Origin: Candidatus Zixiibacteriota bacterium
GTDB taxonomy: Bacteria; Zixibacteria; MSB-5A5; GN15; FEB-12
NCBI GenBank assembly: GCA_022571985.1
Contig: JACZWU010000010.1
Span: forward strand, 4,322 to 68,321
Reading direction: 5' to 3'
DNA: 64,000 bases
Shown here piece after piece: positions 36,501 to 46,388 of this stretch (positions are counted from its first letter, which is position 1; the number at the start of each line of letters is the position of its first letter). The position numbers and the translations under genes were made by a program. The notes beneath the pieces are model-generated. The model made no database searches. It had not been told where the DNA came from and saw nothing but the letters and a program-made list of their open reading frames with translations.

Positions 36501-37661
36501 TCATGCGGCTACTTCTTCAGCTTCAGTCAGTTCGCCTTTAAATGCCTTTTGCAGGATTGACTTCTTGAGCTCGTCTAATGCCTCCAATTCTTTCTGATAG
36601 TTGGATTCAAGAGATCGGGTTTGTGATTTTAATTTATCAATTGTATTAACTATTTTCTTTTGTTTAGAAAGAGACGGGTAGGTTACTGGAAATTCTCTGA
36701 CTACATTTACGTTTAGATTGGGGACTCCCGAACTTTGAATACTCGCTTTTGCCAAGGATTTTATTAAAGGTGAGTTCAAATAAAATTTGAAATAGTAATT
36801 GTTTAGTTTGTCTGCGATTGGTCTGATAAGTGTTAAGCTTACATAAACACTAAATTCAAAGTCATGCTCAACTACACCTGCTTCTCCGTACTTTGCACCA
36901 ACTCTTGAGTATAAAATATCTCCTTTTTGAGGCTTGTTTTTTTTGGTTAAATGTTGATGGAATTTCTTGGAGATGAACCTATACTTATCTAATTGCACTT
37001 CTCCATTTTTAACATTTTGAGCCGATAAAAATGGAACACCAATATCCTCATCTACATATTTTGGCGTTGATGCCACTCCACATGTAATAATGCTACATAA
37101 ATCAAACATCTTCTTCTCAACCCAACCGTCACCTTTTTGGGTGAAGATTTGATTCAGTTGGCTTTGGAAGAGTTCTTTGGCGTTTTGCAGATTGAGTTCG
37201 ACATTGGCTTTGGCTTTGTCGATTGCTTCAAAGCACGTATCTAATATGGTAACAATGCGCTTTTGTTCAGGTAGTAGGGGAAAAGAAAGTTTTTTGTTTT
37301 TTAGTAAGCGATAGTGTCTCGCATACCCCAAATCATCTATGGGGATTGATTGAAGTTGATAGAAGAAAAAGCGAGCATCAATACTTTTAATTGGTAACAG
37401 TACTTTTACACCATCAGCACCCAAAACAAAATCAAAATCAATGTATTTTACCTTTTTGGTGTGGTCACCAAATATAACAATCGGTCTTTCCACTTTAAAC
37501 ACATCTTTAGGGTTGTCCCAATATCCATTGATAAAATCATCTTCTTGAGAAATAATTGGATACACCCCTTCGGTCAAGAATTGTTTTTTGGGTATCTTTG
37601 AAGTTGTCTTAACTGTATCAAGACAGTTTTCAAATTCTCTTGCTTTCCAATCTTGTTTCAT
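36501..37661 (-). CDS. hsdS: Type I R-M specificity subunit, copy 1
   Basis: 386 aa. It overlaps hsdM by 4 nt. Conserved regions are near-identical to the other hsdS (…LPEQKRIVTILDTCFEAIDKAKANVELNLQNAKELFQSQLNQIF…; …LESNYQKELEALDELKKSILQKAFKGEL…), but the TRDs differ. Confidence 0.9.
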   Translation of the reverse strand: MKQDWKAREFENCLDTVKTTSKIPKKQFLTEGVYPIISQEDDFINGYWDNPKDVFKVERPIVIFGDHTKKVKYIDFDFVLGADGVKVLLPIKSIDARFFFYQLQSIPIDDLGYARHYRLLKNKKLSFPLLPEQKRIVTILDTCFEAIDKAKANVELNLQNAKELFQSQLNQIFTQKGDGWVEKKMFDLCSIITCGVASTPKYVDEDIGVPFLSAQNVKNGEVQLDKYRFISKKFHQHLTKKNKPQKGDILYSRVGAKYGEAGVVEHDFEFSVYVSLTLIRPIADKLNNYYFKFYLNSPLIKSLAKASIQSSGVPNLNVNVVREFPVTYPSLSKQKKIVNTIDKLKSQTRSLESNYQKELEALDELKKSILQKAFKGELTEAEEVAA

Positions 37662-39115
37662 ATCAACTCTTTGATGCTCGCTAATATGTCTTTTGTTTCG
37701 CCATCCAGCGTTTCCATTTCGGCAAGAATTTCTTGCGGAGATCTGAGTGGTGCTTCTTCAGGTGCGTTGGGGTTCTTTACGCTCAAGTCATAGGTCTTAG
37801 TGTTAACGTCGACAATGTTCACCGTCCAGCTTTTCTCGCTCTCAGCTTTACTTTTTCGTAGTTTCTTGAACTCAGCCATATCACTATCATTCAGCGGATT
37901 GGTCTTGCCCATATTACGACCAGGCTTAAGCTGATAGTACCATATCTGTTTGGTCGGTTTTCCCTTATCAAAAAACAGCACAACTGTCTTTACTCCTGCC
38001 CCCAAGAACGTACCTGCAGGCATATCTAAAATAGTATGCAGAGAACAAGTTTCGAGCAGGTGCTTCCGTAAAGACGTAGAGGCGTTATCCGTATTGCTCA
38101 GGAATGTGTTTTTGATGACGATACCTGCACGACCACCGGCTTTGAGAATCTTAATAAAGTGTTGTAAAAAAAGAAAAGCGGTTTCGCCTGTTTTTATATC
38201 AAAATTCTGTTGAACTTCTTTCCGTTCTTTACCACCAAAGGGAGGGTTGGCCATGATCACACGGTATCTGTCTTTTTCCTGAATATCCCGAATGTTCTCA
38301 GTCAGGGTATTGGTATGAATGATATTGGGGGCTTCTATGCCATGCAGAATCATGTTCATTATACCTATGATAAACGCCAGATTTTTCTTTTCCTTACCGT
38401 AGAAGGTCTTTTCCTGAAGAGTCTTCAAATCAGTAGTGGTTAGCGAATCTCTGTCCTTAGTCATGCGAGCATAGGATTCACACAAGAAACCTGCAGAACC
38501 CACAGCCCCGTCATAAATCGTTTCCCCGATTTGTGGGTTCACGACATCAATGATGGCACGAATGAGCGGCCTTGGAGTGTAATACTGCCCTCCGTTACGC
38601 CCGGCATTACCCATATTTTTAATTTTGCTTTCATACAAATGGGACAGCTCGTGCTTGTCTTTGGTAGATCGAAATGGTAGTTCATCGGCAAGCTCAATTA
38701 TTTCGCGAAGATTATATCCGCTTTGTATTTTGTTCTTCAACTCAGTGAAAATCTCACCAATCTTGTATTCGATAGTTTGAGGGCCGTCAGCCTTCTCTTT
38801 GAATTTTGAGAGATAGGGAAAAAGTTTGCTATCGACAAATTGAACCAAATCAGGGCCAGTCATAGCTTTCTGATAGTCAAGTTTACCGTCTGCTGTTTTC
38901 GGCATTGCCCAATTGGCCCAACGGTATTCTTCATCAAGAATGAAACTATATTTCTTCCCCTTAAGTTCAGCTTCATCTTTCTTATCGAGTTCGAGATCAT
39001 CCAAATACCGAAGGAATAAAAGCCAAGACGTCTGGCCAATGTAGTCTAATTCACTATCCGCACCTGCGTCCTTGTAAAGGACATCATCAATATTCTTAAA
39101 AGTCTGTTCAAACAT
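37658..39115 (-). CDS. hsdM: Type I R-M N6-adenine DNA methyltransferase subunit
   Basis: An HsdM_N-like N-terminus, the AdoMet motif …IYDGAVGSAGFL… and the catalytic motif …IMANPPFGGKE…. Confidence 0.92.
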   Translation of the reverse strand: MFEQTFKNIDDVLYKDAGADSELDYIGQTSWLLFLRYLDDLELDKKDEAELKGKKYSFILDEEYRWANWAMPKTADGKLDYQKAMTGPDLVQFVDSKLFPYLSKFKEKADGPQTIEYKIGEIFTELKNKIQSGYNLREIIELADELPFRSTKDKHELSHLYESKIKNMGNAGRNGGQYYTPRPLIRAIIDVVNPQIGETIYDGAVGSAGFLCESYARMTKDRDSLTTTDLKTLQEKTFYGKEKKNLAFIIGIMNMILHGIEAPNIIHTNTLTENIRDIQEKDRYRVIMANPPFGGKERKEVQQNFDIKTGETAFLFLQHFIKILKAGGRAGIVIKNTFLSNTDNASTSLRKHLLETCSLHTILDMPAGTFLGAGVKTVVLFFDKGKPTKQIWYYQLKPGRNMGKTNPLNDSDMAEFKKLRKSKAESEKSWTVNIVDVNTKTYDLSVKNPNAPEEAPLRSPQEILAEMETLDGETKDILASIKELI

Positions 39116-39413
39116 TTTAATTTACTCCTAACAGCCTATATTATGATTTCTATTCACAACTAAAACATCAATAAGTGCCCTATATTATCAATTTACCATT
39201 AGATTGGTCTTAGTCATAGCTCTTATTTGTCTATATGATATTTGGATTTCAAACCTGTCATAGGCCTCTTGCTGTGGAATAACGCTTCAAATACAATATC
39301 CCACCTAAGTTAAAAAAACTGATTGTGCCGGTTTGGACTGTTCTATAAATTACCGCTGAAGCATCGGTAGGTATGACATTTCGCTGTACAAAACATTGGA
39401 CTGGAGATAAGGC

Positions 39414-42167
39414 GTGCCCGACCACAAGATTGATTTGACAAGAATTCAAGGCGCATACGACTTTGAGAGTCTAGTCACTAACTTGATCTTTTTTCATACT
39501 TTACTAAGCGTAGATTCTATTAAGAACTGCACTTCCAAGGATATATTCTGGGTGGAGTGGCAAAACGATAAGCATGAGAACTTCTATTATCGGTTTATCT
39601 TTGTTAGCCCTCAGCAACAGCCCGACGGGCTAGAAGCTTCTTTGAAAAAGAAATTTGATCAGAAAATCGCGCCTGATTTGAGTGCCAGACCGGATCATAA
39701 GTTCTACCTCTTCCTCAACACGAATCTGCACCCAGATCCCGAAAAGAAGTTCCCCAATCTGGAGGTGTCAACGGCAGATGACATCAGTGAGATCATCTCA
39801 AAGGAAAATTGGTGGCCGATATTCCACAAGTTCTTTGAAGGAGGCATGCATATCAAAGACGCCGAGGAGTGCGAGTTTCTCAAGGCGTTCGCAGAGTCCC
39901 TGGCTCCAGCAGTTGAAGGGTTGTCAATCAAGGAAACGACAAATGTCATCTCCTGGGTCAAGTATATCGCATTCTATCGGCCCAAAGAGACACTTGCTTT
40001 CTGCCACGCACTTTTCGATGCAACACCCAAGGATGACGAGGTAGAGAAGCACCTGGTATTCGGCGAGCTTACGCTCAACAGAATGAGTTATTTAGAAGAA
40101 CTCACGGGTATTCTCGAACCTATAGCAGCACATAAAGAACAATTCGGTGATGCACTTGAACTGCTTCTACGCATCTCAACTGAACTCGACGAAGATGTCC
40201 ATCCGTGGAAAGGCTACTTGTCAAAATCTGTAGAAAACCTCACTGGCTATTATTATGGACGAGATTTCCTTGTGAAGAGTGGCCGTGCAATTTACGATTC
40301 TAGTTTCAATCAAGAGACACTTGATGTTGTTGAGCGCATGCTTCAAGAAGAAACTGATATTGACCTCCTATTCAGATGTTTGGCGGTCCCTCCAAATTTG
40401 CTCAAGATGAAAGTAGTTACTTCGGAGTGGTCGGGCGACAAAAGTGTTGTAACGTGGAGAGAGTACCGCCTTCCATTAAACGATAAAAATTTGATTGAAG
40501 TCAGAAGAAGAGCACTACACCTAATGTTCAAAGCGTTTGAGGAATCAAAGAATGCAGACTTCAGACATAGGTGCCTTTTTGAATTACAAGATGTCTTTCG
40601 CCACATTTCATTGACTCCTGATCTTGAGAGCGAATTCAAGCAATTTCTTACGTTCATTAATTCTCACTCCGACGAGGAAGATCCCTATACGCAGAATTGG
40701 TTTCTCGAAATTCTTGAATTACTGGCTGGAACTGGATTGAAAAACATTGTTGAATCAATAGGTCCATTAAAGGACAAACTAAGTAACAAGTTTGAAGCGC
40801 AATTGTATCATCTGCTTTTCGGTAAGAAGTCATGGGAACTTTCTGAAATAAAACTGGAGCCCTTAGTAGATAGTGTTATTAAGTTTTGTGGCAACGATCA
40901 CAGAAAATTTATCCAGACATTGGATAGTTTTTACAATGCTGGCAATTCCTATGCACCTGGAATGCGAATTTTCTTACAAACCATCGGCATTTCACAAACT
41001 GACTTCGCAAGAAAGGTATTTGATACTTTTGCAAGAGATTTGTATTTGCACTCGAGCCTTTCGACTCAACTGATAAGGTCCCTGGGGTACCTGCTTTGTG
41101 GAATAAGGCTTCATGGTATTGAAGAATGGCAAAATACTGTTGAAGTTTTGAGAAATGATTTTAACAAAAACTCAGCTATCTTCATATTAACCAGCCTTCA
41201 ACTTCATGAATATGAAAAATTCGAAACTGGCGACCTTGAAACAATCGAATCATTGATCGAAAGTGCCGACGATGAGATCCGCATACTCGCGTCCGAGACA
41301 CTTTGGTACTTTTACAATTTTGGTGACTATTCAAAAGTACTCAAGATTTATGAAAAATTGGCCGCTCATATATCTCAAGACTTGGCCTCTTCAATCCTAA
41401 AAGGTCTGGCTCATGGTATACAAGAGGCTACTTATCCCGCAAAATGGGCAGACGTTGAAGGAAGAAAATCTCTTAAAGACATACTGTTTGTCCTAATTGA
41501 CTTCCCGAAAATTGACTGGGACACTTCGTCCAATTACTACTTGGAATTATTGCTTCGCCAATTATGGAAACACAGTACTGACGACCTACTCGAATTCTTT
41601 CAACTCCGCCTTGAACCCGAAAGAACCAAACGTGAGAGCTACGATCCCCTCCCATATGAGCTTGGTACTCTGTTTCAGAGAGTGAGCGACGAGAAGCAAA
41701 ATGAATTTGTGTCACGTGTCTTGGAATGGGACGTCAAGCACTACGGCATTTACTGGATAGCCCGCTTGATCGGCCTGGCCTGCAACAAGAATGTTCAGCC
41801 CGCGACCCTGGAAACTCTTCACAAGATTTTGGTCCGACCCCAAAAGAGCCAACTGCTTCTAATTGCCAAGTTGCTCGATCAGATTCCCCTCGGTGACACC
41901 TTTTACGAATTGTCCATGCGGATAGTCAAGAAGGGATATGGTCGGAAGGAGATTAGAAGTCAGCTGTATTCTTCCTTCATCTCAACCACCGGAGGTTCCC
42001 GGAAGCTAGGACAGCCATTCCCGTCACATGTTCAACACATGACGTTGATTGAGAAGTACCGGACCCTCAACAAGAAATCTAAGAAAGTTCAGACGTTTCT
42101 GGATTCCTGGAGTGCGGAAATCGAAGTCATGATGCAACGTGATGAGGAAGAGGATCTGGAGAGATAG
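39414..42167 (+). CDS. 917-aa protein: N-terminal ~130-aa alpha/beta domain followed by long alpha-helical (HEAT/ARM-like) repeats; unknown function
   Basis: GTG start with GGAGA RBS. No Walker A and no recognisable catalytic motif. The N-terminus …GAYDFESLVTNLIFF…DIFWVEWQ… is loosely reminiscent of restriction-endonuclease-fold N-domains but lacks a canonical (D/E)xK. Its stop abuts the next ATG (TAGATG). Confidence 0.6.
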   Translation: MPDHKIDLTRIQGAYDFESLVTNLIFFHTLLSVDSIKNCTSKDIFWVEWQNDKHENFYYRFIFVSPQQQPDGLEASLKKKFDQKIAPDLSARPDHKFYLFLNTNLHPDPEKKFPNLEVSTADDISEIISKENWWPIFHKFFEGGMHIKDAEECEFLKAFAESLAPAVEGLSIKETTNVISWVKYIAFYRPKETLAFCHALFDATPKDDEVEKHLVFGELTLNRMSYLEELTGILEPIAAHKEQFGDALELLLRISTELDEDVHPWKGYLSKSVENLTGYYYGRDFLVKSGRAIYDSSFNQETLDVVERMLQEETDIDLLFRCLAVPPNLLKMKVVTSEWSGDKSVVTWREYRLPLNDKNLIEVRRRALHLMFKAFEESKNADFRHRCLFELQDVFRHISLTPDLESEFKQFLTFINSHSDEEDPYTQNWFLEILELLAGTGLKNIVESIGPLKDKLSNKFEAQLYHLLFGKKSWELSEIKLEPLVDSVIKFCGNDHRKFIQTLDSFYNAGNSYAPGMRIFLQTIGISQTDFARKVFDTFARDLYLHSSLSTQLIRSLGYLLCGIRLHGIEEWQNTVEVLRNDFNKNSAIFILTSLQLHEYEKFETGDLETIESLIESADDEIRILASETLWYFYNFGDYSKVLKIYEKLAAHISQDLASSILKGLAHGIQEATYPAKWADVEGRKSLKDILFVLIDFPKIDWDTSSNYYLELLLRQLWKHSTDDLLEFFQLRLEPERTKRESYDPLPYELGTLFQRVSDEKQNEFVSRVLEWDVKHYGIYWIARLIGLACNKNVQPATLETLHKILVRPQKSQLLLIAKLLDQIPLGDTFYELSMRIVKKGYGRKEIRSQLYSSFISTTGGSRKLGQPFPSHVQHMTLIEKYRTLNKKSKKVQTFLDSWSAEIEVMMQRDEEEDLER

Positions 42168-42974
42168 ATGAATTCCGCTCTCCAAGATGTTCTCCAGTCG
42201 GTAAAGGCCTTCGATTCAACACAAGGTTTCAACAACCGCAATCATCTGGGTCTGAGGACCTTCGGAGAATTGTACGGACTGATACAGTTATGGAACAAAT
42301 CAGTGAAGTGCAGGTTTGACACCTGTGAGATCTACTATGGTTTTGTTCAGAACTTGGAACCCAACACTATTTTTGTCAAGCCCGGCGCGCTCAAGAAGGC
42401 AGAAGAGGTGCGATCCAAAATTGCATCAATACGATATAACGGTAGAGACGATTTCTTCCTAGGTATTAACTTTGCAATGGATGGATACTTGGCGAGCCTG
42501 TCAAGTACGTTAGACTCTTTAGCACAGATTGCCAATGCTGTGGCGTATAGTAGACCGATCGACGATGTGAGCTTTCGGAAGTTGGCCATGGACTGCAATG
42601 GTAGGAAAAACTCTTTTGAGGCCCTCATTGCCGACAATTACTATTTCCCAGGCAATTCTAATCTGTCGGTCGATACATGGACCAACGGCTTTAAAAAGAT
42701 GCGAAACAAGGGCATTCATGTTAACACTTTTTTCCCTTCAATTGGCAGTCTTCAGCTAGCGAACCCTGATCAACCAGCGGAGTACCCGCAATGCGAAATA
42801 ACGATAGATCCGACGTTCTTCACTGGTCTTCCGTCGACAGCTCAGCACGATATGCGTACTTACACTAAGCTGCTTCATAGCAAGGCGGAGGAGTTTGTCA
42901 AAGACGCACTCAAGGAATTGGGAGTCTGGCTTTCAGCTCAGCACAGTCAAGGACTCTCAATCCCGACTCATTGA
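42168..42974 (+). CDS. 268-aa protein with RNxxxH motif, candidate HEPN-domain (RNase) effector
   Basis: GGAGAG RBS lies inside the end of the upstream gene. …FAMDGYLASLSSTLDSLAQIANAVAY… is followed by …FKKMRNKGIHVN… (R179-N-K-G-I-H184, nt 42702-42719). This helix plus Rx4H arrangement is typical of HEPN families. Confidence 0.5.
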   Translation: MNSALQDVLQSVKAFDSTQGFNNRNHLGLRTFGELYGLIQLWNKSVKCRFDTCEIYYGFVQNLEPNTIFVKPGALKKAEEVRSKIASIRYNGRDDFFLGINFAMDGYLASLSSTLDSLAQIANAVAYSRPIDDVSFRKLAMDCNGRKNSFEALIADNYYFPGNSNLSVDTWTNGFKKMRNKGIHVNTFFPSIGSLQLANPDQPAEYPQCEITIDPTFFTGLPSTAQHDMRTYTKLLHSKAEEFVKDALKELGVWLSAQHSQGLSIPTH

Positions 42975-43381
42975 TGGATCAAGTATTGGCCATTGCACAC
43001 CGAGCTTGCGTTTAGCATTATAGGGATATGATATCCGAGATAGCTTGGGAAAACGTCCGCTGGCTACTCTCTCATACAATTCTAGCAACCGAGAATTACG
43101 GCTACTTTGAATCATCAATGGACCCTAAAAGCGATTCAGAGAGTGCTGAAAAGAAGAGGGCAATGGCAAACGGCAAGTCGCGTCTATAATTTGTCCAATC
43201 CTTGATTTCATGGCTTCGAACTAAGAGTTCGCAACCTACCACCATAAGTTATTTCACCCCAAGCACTTATCTTTATCGAAGTGATTATGTGCCAATTCTG
43301 AGACACTTGTTTCTAATCAGTAGCAAAAAATGTGATGCTTGTTTGCTTGACATACTTCAAAGTAGTGGGTAGAGGGTATGC

Positions 43382-43783
43382 ATGAAACACATCTCACAAA
43401 TATGCAAGTCGCTCACTATAAGCGGAAATCAATGCAAGTCACCTCCACAAATTGGCATAGAATTTTGTTACTTTCATAATCCCGCGAATTTGCAGAAGAG
43501 AAAAACTGCTAGTTCAATCGGAGGTAAACGGGGAAAAATTCGCACGACTACGCTCAAGCTGGATACTGTCCATATCAGATCTTCACAAGACGTAGTAAAT
43601 TTGTTAGTAGAAACCGTTAATCAAGTGAGAGGAAGTGAAATTAATCCCCGCATTGCTAATGCCATCGGATATTTGACAGGAATAATCTTGAAAGCAAGAG
43701 AGCAAGGAGAAATTGAAAAGAGATTAAGCGAACTTGAATCTTCGCTTAGTCAGACAGAGCGGGAAATTAGCCTGTGTCATTAA
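43382..43783 (+). CDS. Small protein with N-terminal Cys/His knuckle (CKS…GNQCKSPP…FCYFH) and C-terminal helical tail; island regulatory module
   Basis: 133 aa with a GAGGGT RBS. The first gene after the non-coding gap that contains a TGTGCCAAT site (43287-43299). Confidence 0.45.
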   Translation: MKHISQICKSLTISGNQCKSPPQIGIEFCYFHNPANLQKRKTASSIGGKRGKIRTTTLKLDTVHIRSSQDVVNLLVETVNQVRGSEINPRIANAIGYLTGIILKAREQGEIEKRLSELESSLSQTEREISLCH

Positions 43784-44154
43784 AACAAAGGATTAGAGCA
43801 TTGGAAAGCCATCCAGTTTTACAAACAATGGGACCCAAAATTGATCCCATCATTGAATACATTGTTACAGGACAAGACTTTGATACTCTTTGCAAGAATC
43901 TTAATATATTTTACAGACCGTTGACCGGTCAAGGGGCATTGCTTCGATTGTACTTTGGGGAGCGAGATGTTGACCAAGACACCAAAAAACCTTTTTCAGA
44001 TAACATTTCTGCATGGCACCGAATTGTACTTGAACACATACTCCAATACCCACACAAAGTAGCTTTTCATTTAGCTGATTTTGATCTTCAACATTGGGAA
44101 GCGCAATTTCGTGAGTGTGAGCATATAAAGTACGGAAAGATACACGTGGCTTGA
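43774..44154 (+). CDS. Hypothetical protein
   Basis: 126 aa. Overlaps the previous gene by 10 nt. No motif recognised. Confidence 0.4.
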   Translation: MSLKQRIRALESHPVLQTMGPKIDPIIEYIVTGQDFDTLCKNLNIFYRPLTGQGALLRLYFGERDVDQDTKKPFSDNISAWHRIVLEHILQYPHKVAFHLADFDLQHWEAQFRECEHIKYGKIHVA

Positions 44155-44206
44155 ATGAAGAATTATATTAGCAAACTCGAACGATATTATTACATTAGGT
44201 TATTAT

Positions 44207-44695
44207 ATGGACCAGCCTATAAATCAAGACAATTATAAATACATAAGTGTTGTCAATAAAGTCCCACATGATTTATTAAATCGAGTTGCAACTGCTCTTA
44301 AAAAGTGTCATCTAGTTTCTTCAAAATATGAAGAATTTCGAAAATCAATGTTTTCGTATTTATCATTTCGAGTAAATAAAGATTGCGCATATGTAGGGAA
44401 ATCCGTTAATCGGCAAAGACACCAATCCTCTGCTAAAGGACCTGACTTTCGGTGCGTCAGGATCGCAGGAATCGAGCATACTTTAAGTTTTAGAGAGGCC
44501 CAAATTGTCAAGATTTTGTGGGAAGCCCATGAAAATGGGACCCCTGATGTCAGCAAAGACTACATAATCGATAAAGTTTGTGGACCTGACTCTAAAATAG
44601 TGACTTTGCGTGATGCGTTTACCGACAGATTAATATTTAAAGCCATTGTGGCTGTAGGAAAACGCAGAGGAACAGTTAGAATAATTTTAGATTAA
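44207..44695 (+). CDS. Hypothetical protein, possible C-terminal winged-helix DNA-binding domain
   Basis: 162 aa. …HTLSFREAQIVKILWEAHENGTPDVSKDYIIDKV… looks like an HTH/wHTH. Weak call. Confidence 0.4.
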   Translation: MDQPINQDNYKYISVVNKVPHDLLNRVATALKKCHLVSSKYEEFRKSMFSYLSFRVNKDCAYVGKSVNRQRHQSSAKGPDFRCVRIAGIEHTLSFREAQIVKILWEAHENGTPDVSKDYIIDKVCGPDSKIVTLRDAFTDRLIFKAIVAVGKRRGTVRIILD

Positions 44696-45011
44696 TTTTT
44701 CTCCTAGTATTTAGTAATACCGATTTTTTTCATTTTTTTTTGTTTCCCACGATATACCCCATGCTACTCCCAAATTCCTCCCGGTTAGTATTGTTATATT
44801 CATACTAAGCAATGGAAATAAAGACATACAAAACTTTGTGAAATCCTCGAATTGAAGCAGGTAGCTCCTTGCTGTTCCTGCTCTCGGGTGTGACGACTTT
44901 GAATAGGAAAGTAGAAGATTGAACAAGAGAGTCAATATTTGTACGCGGAAACTGTCCAATTATGATAGGGGCCGAAAAGAAAGGAATCAGAAACTAGTAC
45001 AAGCGGAAGAG

Positions 45012-45404
45012 ATGCCTACCACAATCCTTCCAGGCGAATATGATGCCATTTGTTACGATGTTGAACGCGGAATAAGCTGGGGAGGTCGTGAAAACATATA
45101 TATCAAATTTAAGATTTACGGTGGAGCGTTTGATGGCGCTGAGTTGTTTATGGCCTGTACTTATAAAATAAAATCAAAGATGAGCTACCGTCATAAATAC
45201 TATCAACAATTTTCAATCGCAAATGGGGGACCTCCTTTTAGAGGACAGAGACTTTCACCTTGTATCTTTAAGAATAAAATGTACCGGGTGCTAGTCAGAG
45301 ATACTGTAAGAAAGTTTCCAAACCAACGCTTGATGCCACAATTCCTGCAATATTCCGTTGTTGATACAATCTTGGAAGTATTGGCCGGAGGACCAATGCA
45401 ATGA
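45012..45404 (+). CDS. Hypothetical protein
   Basis: Track ORF starts at TTG 44919. I prefer ATG 45012 (MPTTILPGEYDAICYD…), which is preceded by GGAAGAG. No motif recognised. Confidence 0.4.
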   Translation: MPTTILPGEYDAICYDVERGISWGGRENIYIKFKIYGGAFDGAELFMACTYKIKSKMSYRHKYYQQFSIANGGPPFRGQRLSPCIFKNKMYRVLVRDTVRKFPNQRLMPQFLQYSVVDTILEVLAGGPMQ

Positions 45405-45764
45405 GATTCTGTAATTCCTTATCACTAATTCATAACGGATTATTAAAGTCTCTTAGTTATTTACTATCTACTCTTAACCTATTACAAACTACTACATACC
45501 AATTACCAACTTTCCTCACAGTTAAATGCTTGGCTGTTAATAAGCTAAGTTCCACTTTGCTGACGAAATTGTTCTACAAATATGAGGATGAGTACTTTCC
45601 CGAGGAGTACTCTGTTGATTTTTCTATAAACTACACAATCAACTACACGGGGGGGCACTTCTGCCCTCTCGTAATTTCCTCAATGTGTGGAGCTTGGTGT
45701 TATGGTAGAAGATTCGGTTCCTTAACAGGCGTTCATTATTGTGTTAGGAAAGCTCCATAGTCAA

Positions 45765-45977
45765 ATGAACCAACTATTGACAGCATCAAAAGTCGCTCAA
45801 TTGCTGGGTGTAAAAAAATCGACGATCTACCAATGGACTCATCAGCAATTCATACCGCACTTCAAAATAGGCAAGCTCCTTCGGTTTAAAGAAAGTGAGG
45901 TGATAAGTTGGATAGATAAACAATCAAGGAAAGGTCGGCATTTTCGACGAATTTCGATAAAGAACCCACGAAACTAG
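45765..45977 (+). CDS. Excisionase/AlpA-type helix-turn-helix (HTH_17-like) DNA-binding protein
   Basis: MNQLLTASKVAQLLGVKKSTIYQWTHQQFIPHFKIGKLLRFKESEVISWIDKQ is the classic MerR-like excisionase HTH. Track start is 45741. Confidence 0.75.
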   Translation: MNQLLTASKVAQLLGVKKSTIYQWTHQQFIPHFKIGKLLRFKESEVISWIDKQSRKGRHFRRISIKNPRN

Positions 45978-45998
45978 AATGTAAATTAGGAGGATTTC

Positions 45999-46346
45999 AT
46001 GAAAGACAATCAAGTTTCTGATGCAATGGTAAGAATGCGTGCAAGTTGGTTGGCTTGGAGATATGAACTCGAATGCGAAGAAGTTATGAACGTCTTAATG
46101 AGAACAAAAATTACTGTAAATGAATCAATTTCTTCAGATTATTTTCACTATTTAGTTTTCGAGCCTTCCCTCGAAACAGCACTTTTATTCCTTAAGCCCA
46201 AAATTGCTTTGATGCTGTTTAGTGATGTGAGCATGGAAGAAATTAAAGCGTGGCTTGAACAAACTGAGACATTACTTGGAAATTTTGTAATTGAGATTCA
46301 TAGCATTGAAGGGTTGTGCGGAATGGAGGGCGAGTATGTTATTTAA
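45999..46346 (+). CDS. Hypothetical protein
   Basis: 115 aa with an AGGAGG RBS. No motif recognised. Confidence 0.45.
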   Translation: MKDNQVSDAMVRMRASWLAWRYELECEEVMNVLMRTKITVNESISSDYFHYLVFEPSLETALLFLKPKIALMLFSDVSMEEIKAWLEQTETLLGNFVIEIHSIEGLCGMEGEYVI

Positions 46347-46388
46347 ACTAAACAAGAGCTTGTTGCACTTTGAATTCATCAATCTAGT

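Noticed and set aside
45401-45760. 119-aa ORF between the hypothetical gene and the excisionase gene.
   Set aside because: The translation is low-complexity (LLSTLNLLQTTTYQLPTF…). The DNA is repeat-like, there is no RBS, and it overlaps the xis start region. It is more likely a regulatory or non-coding stretch.
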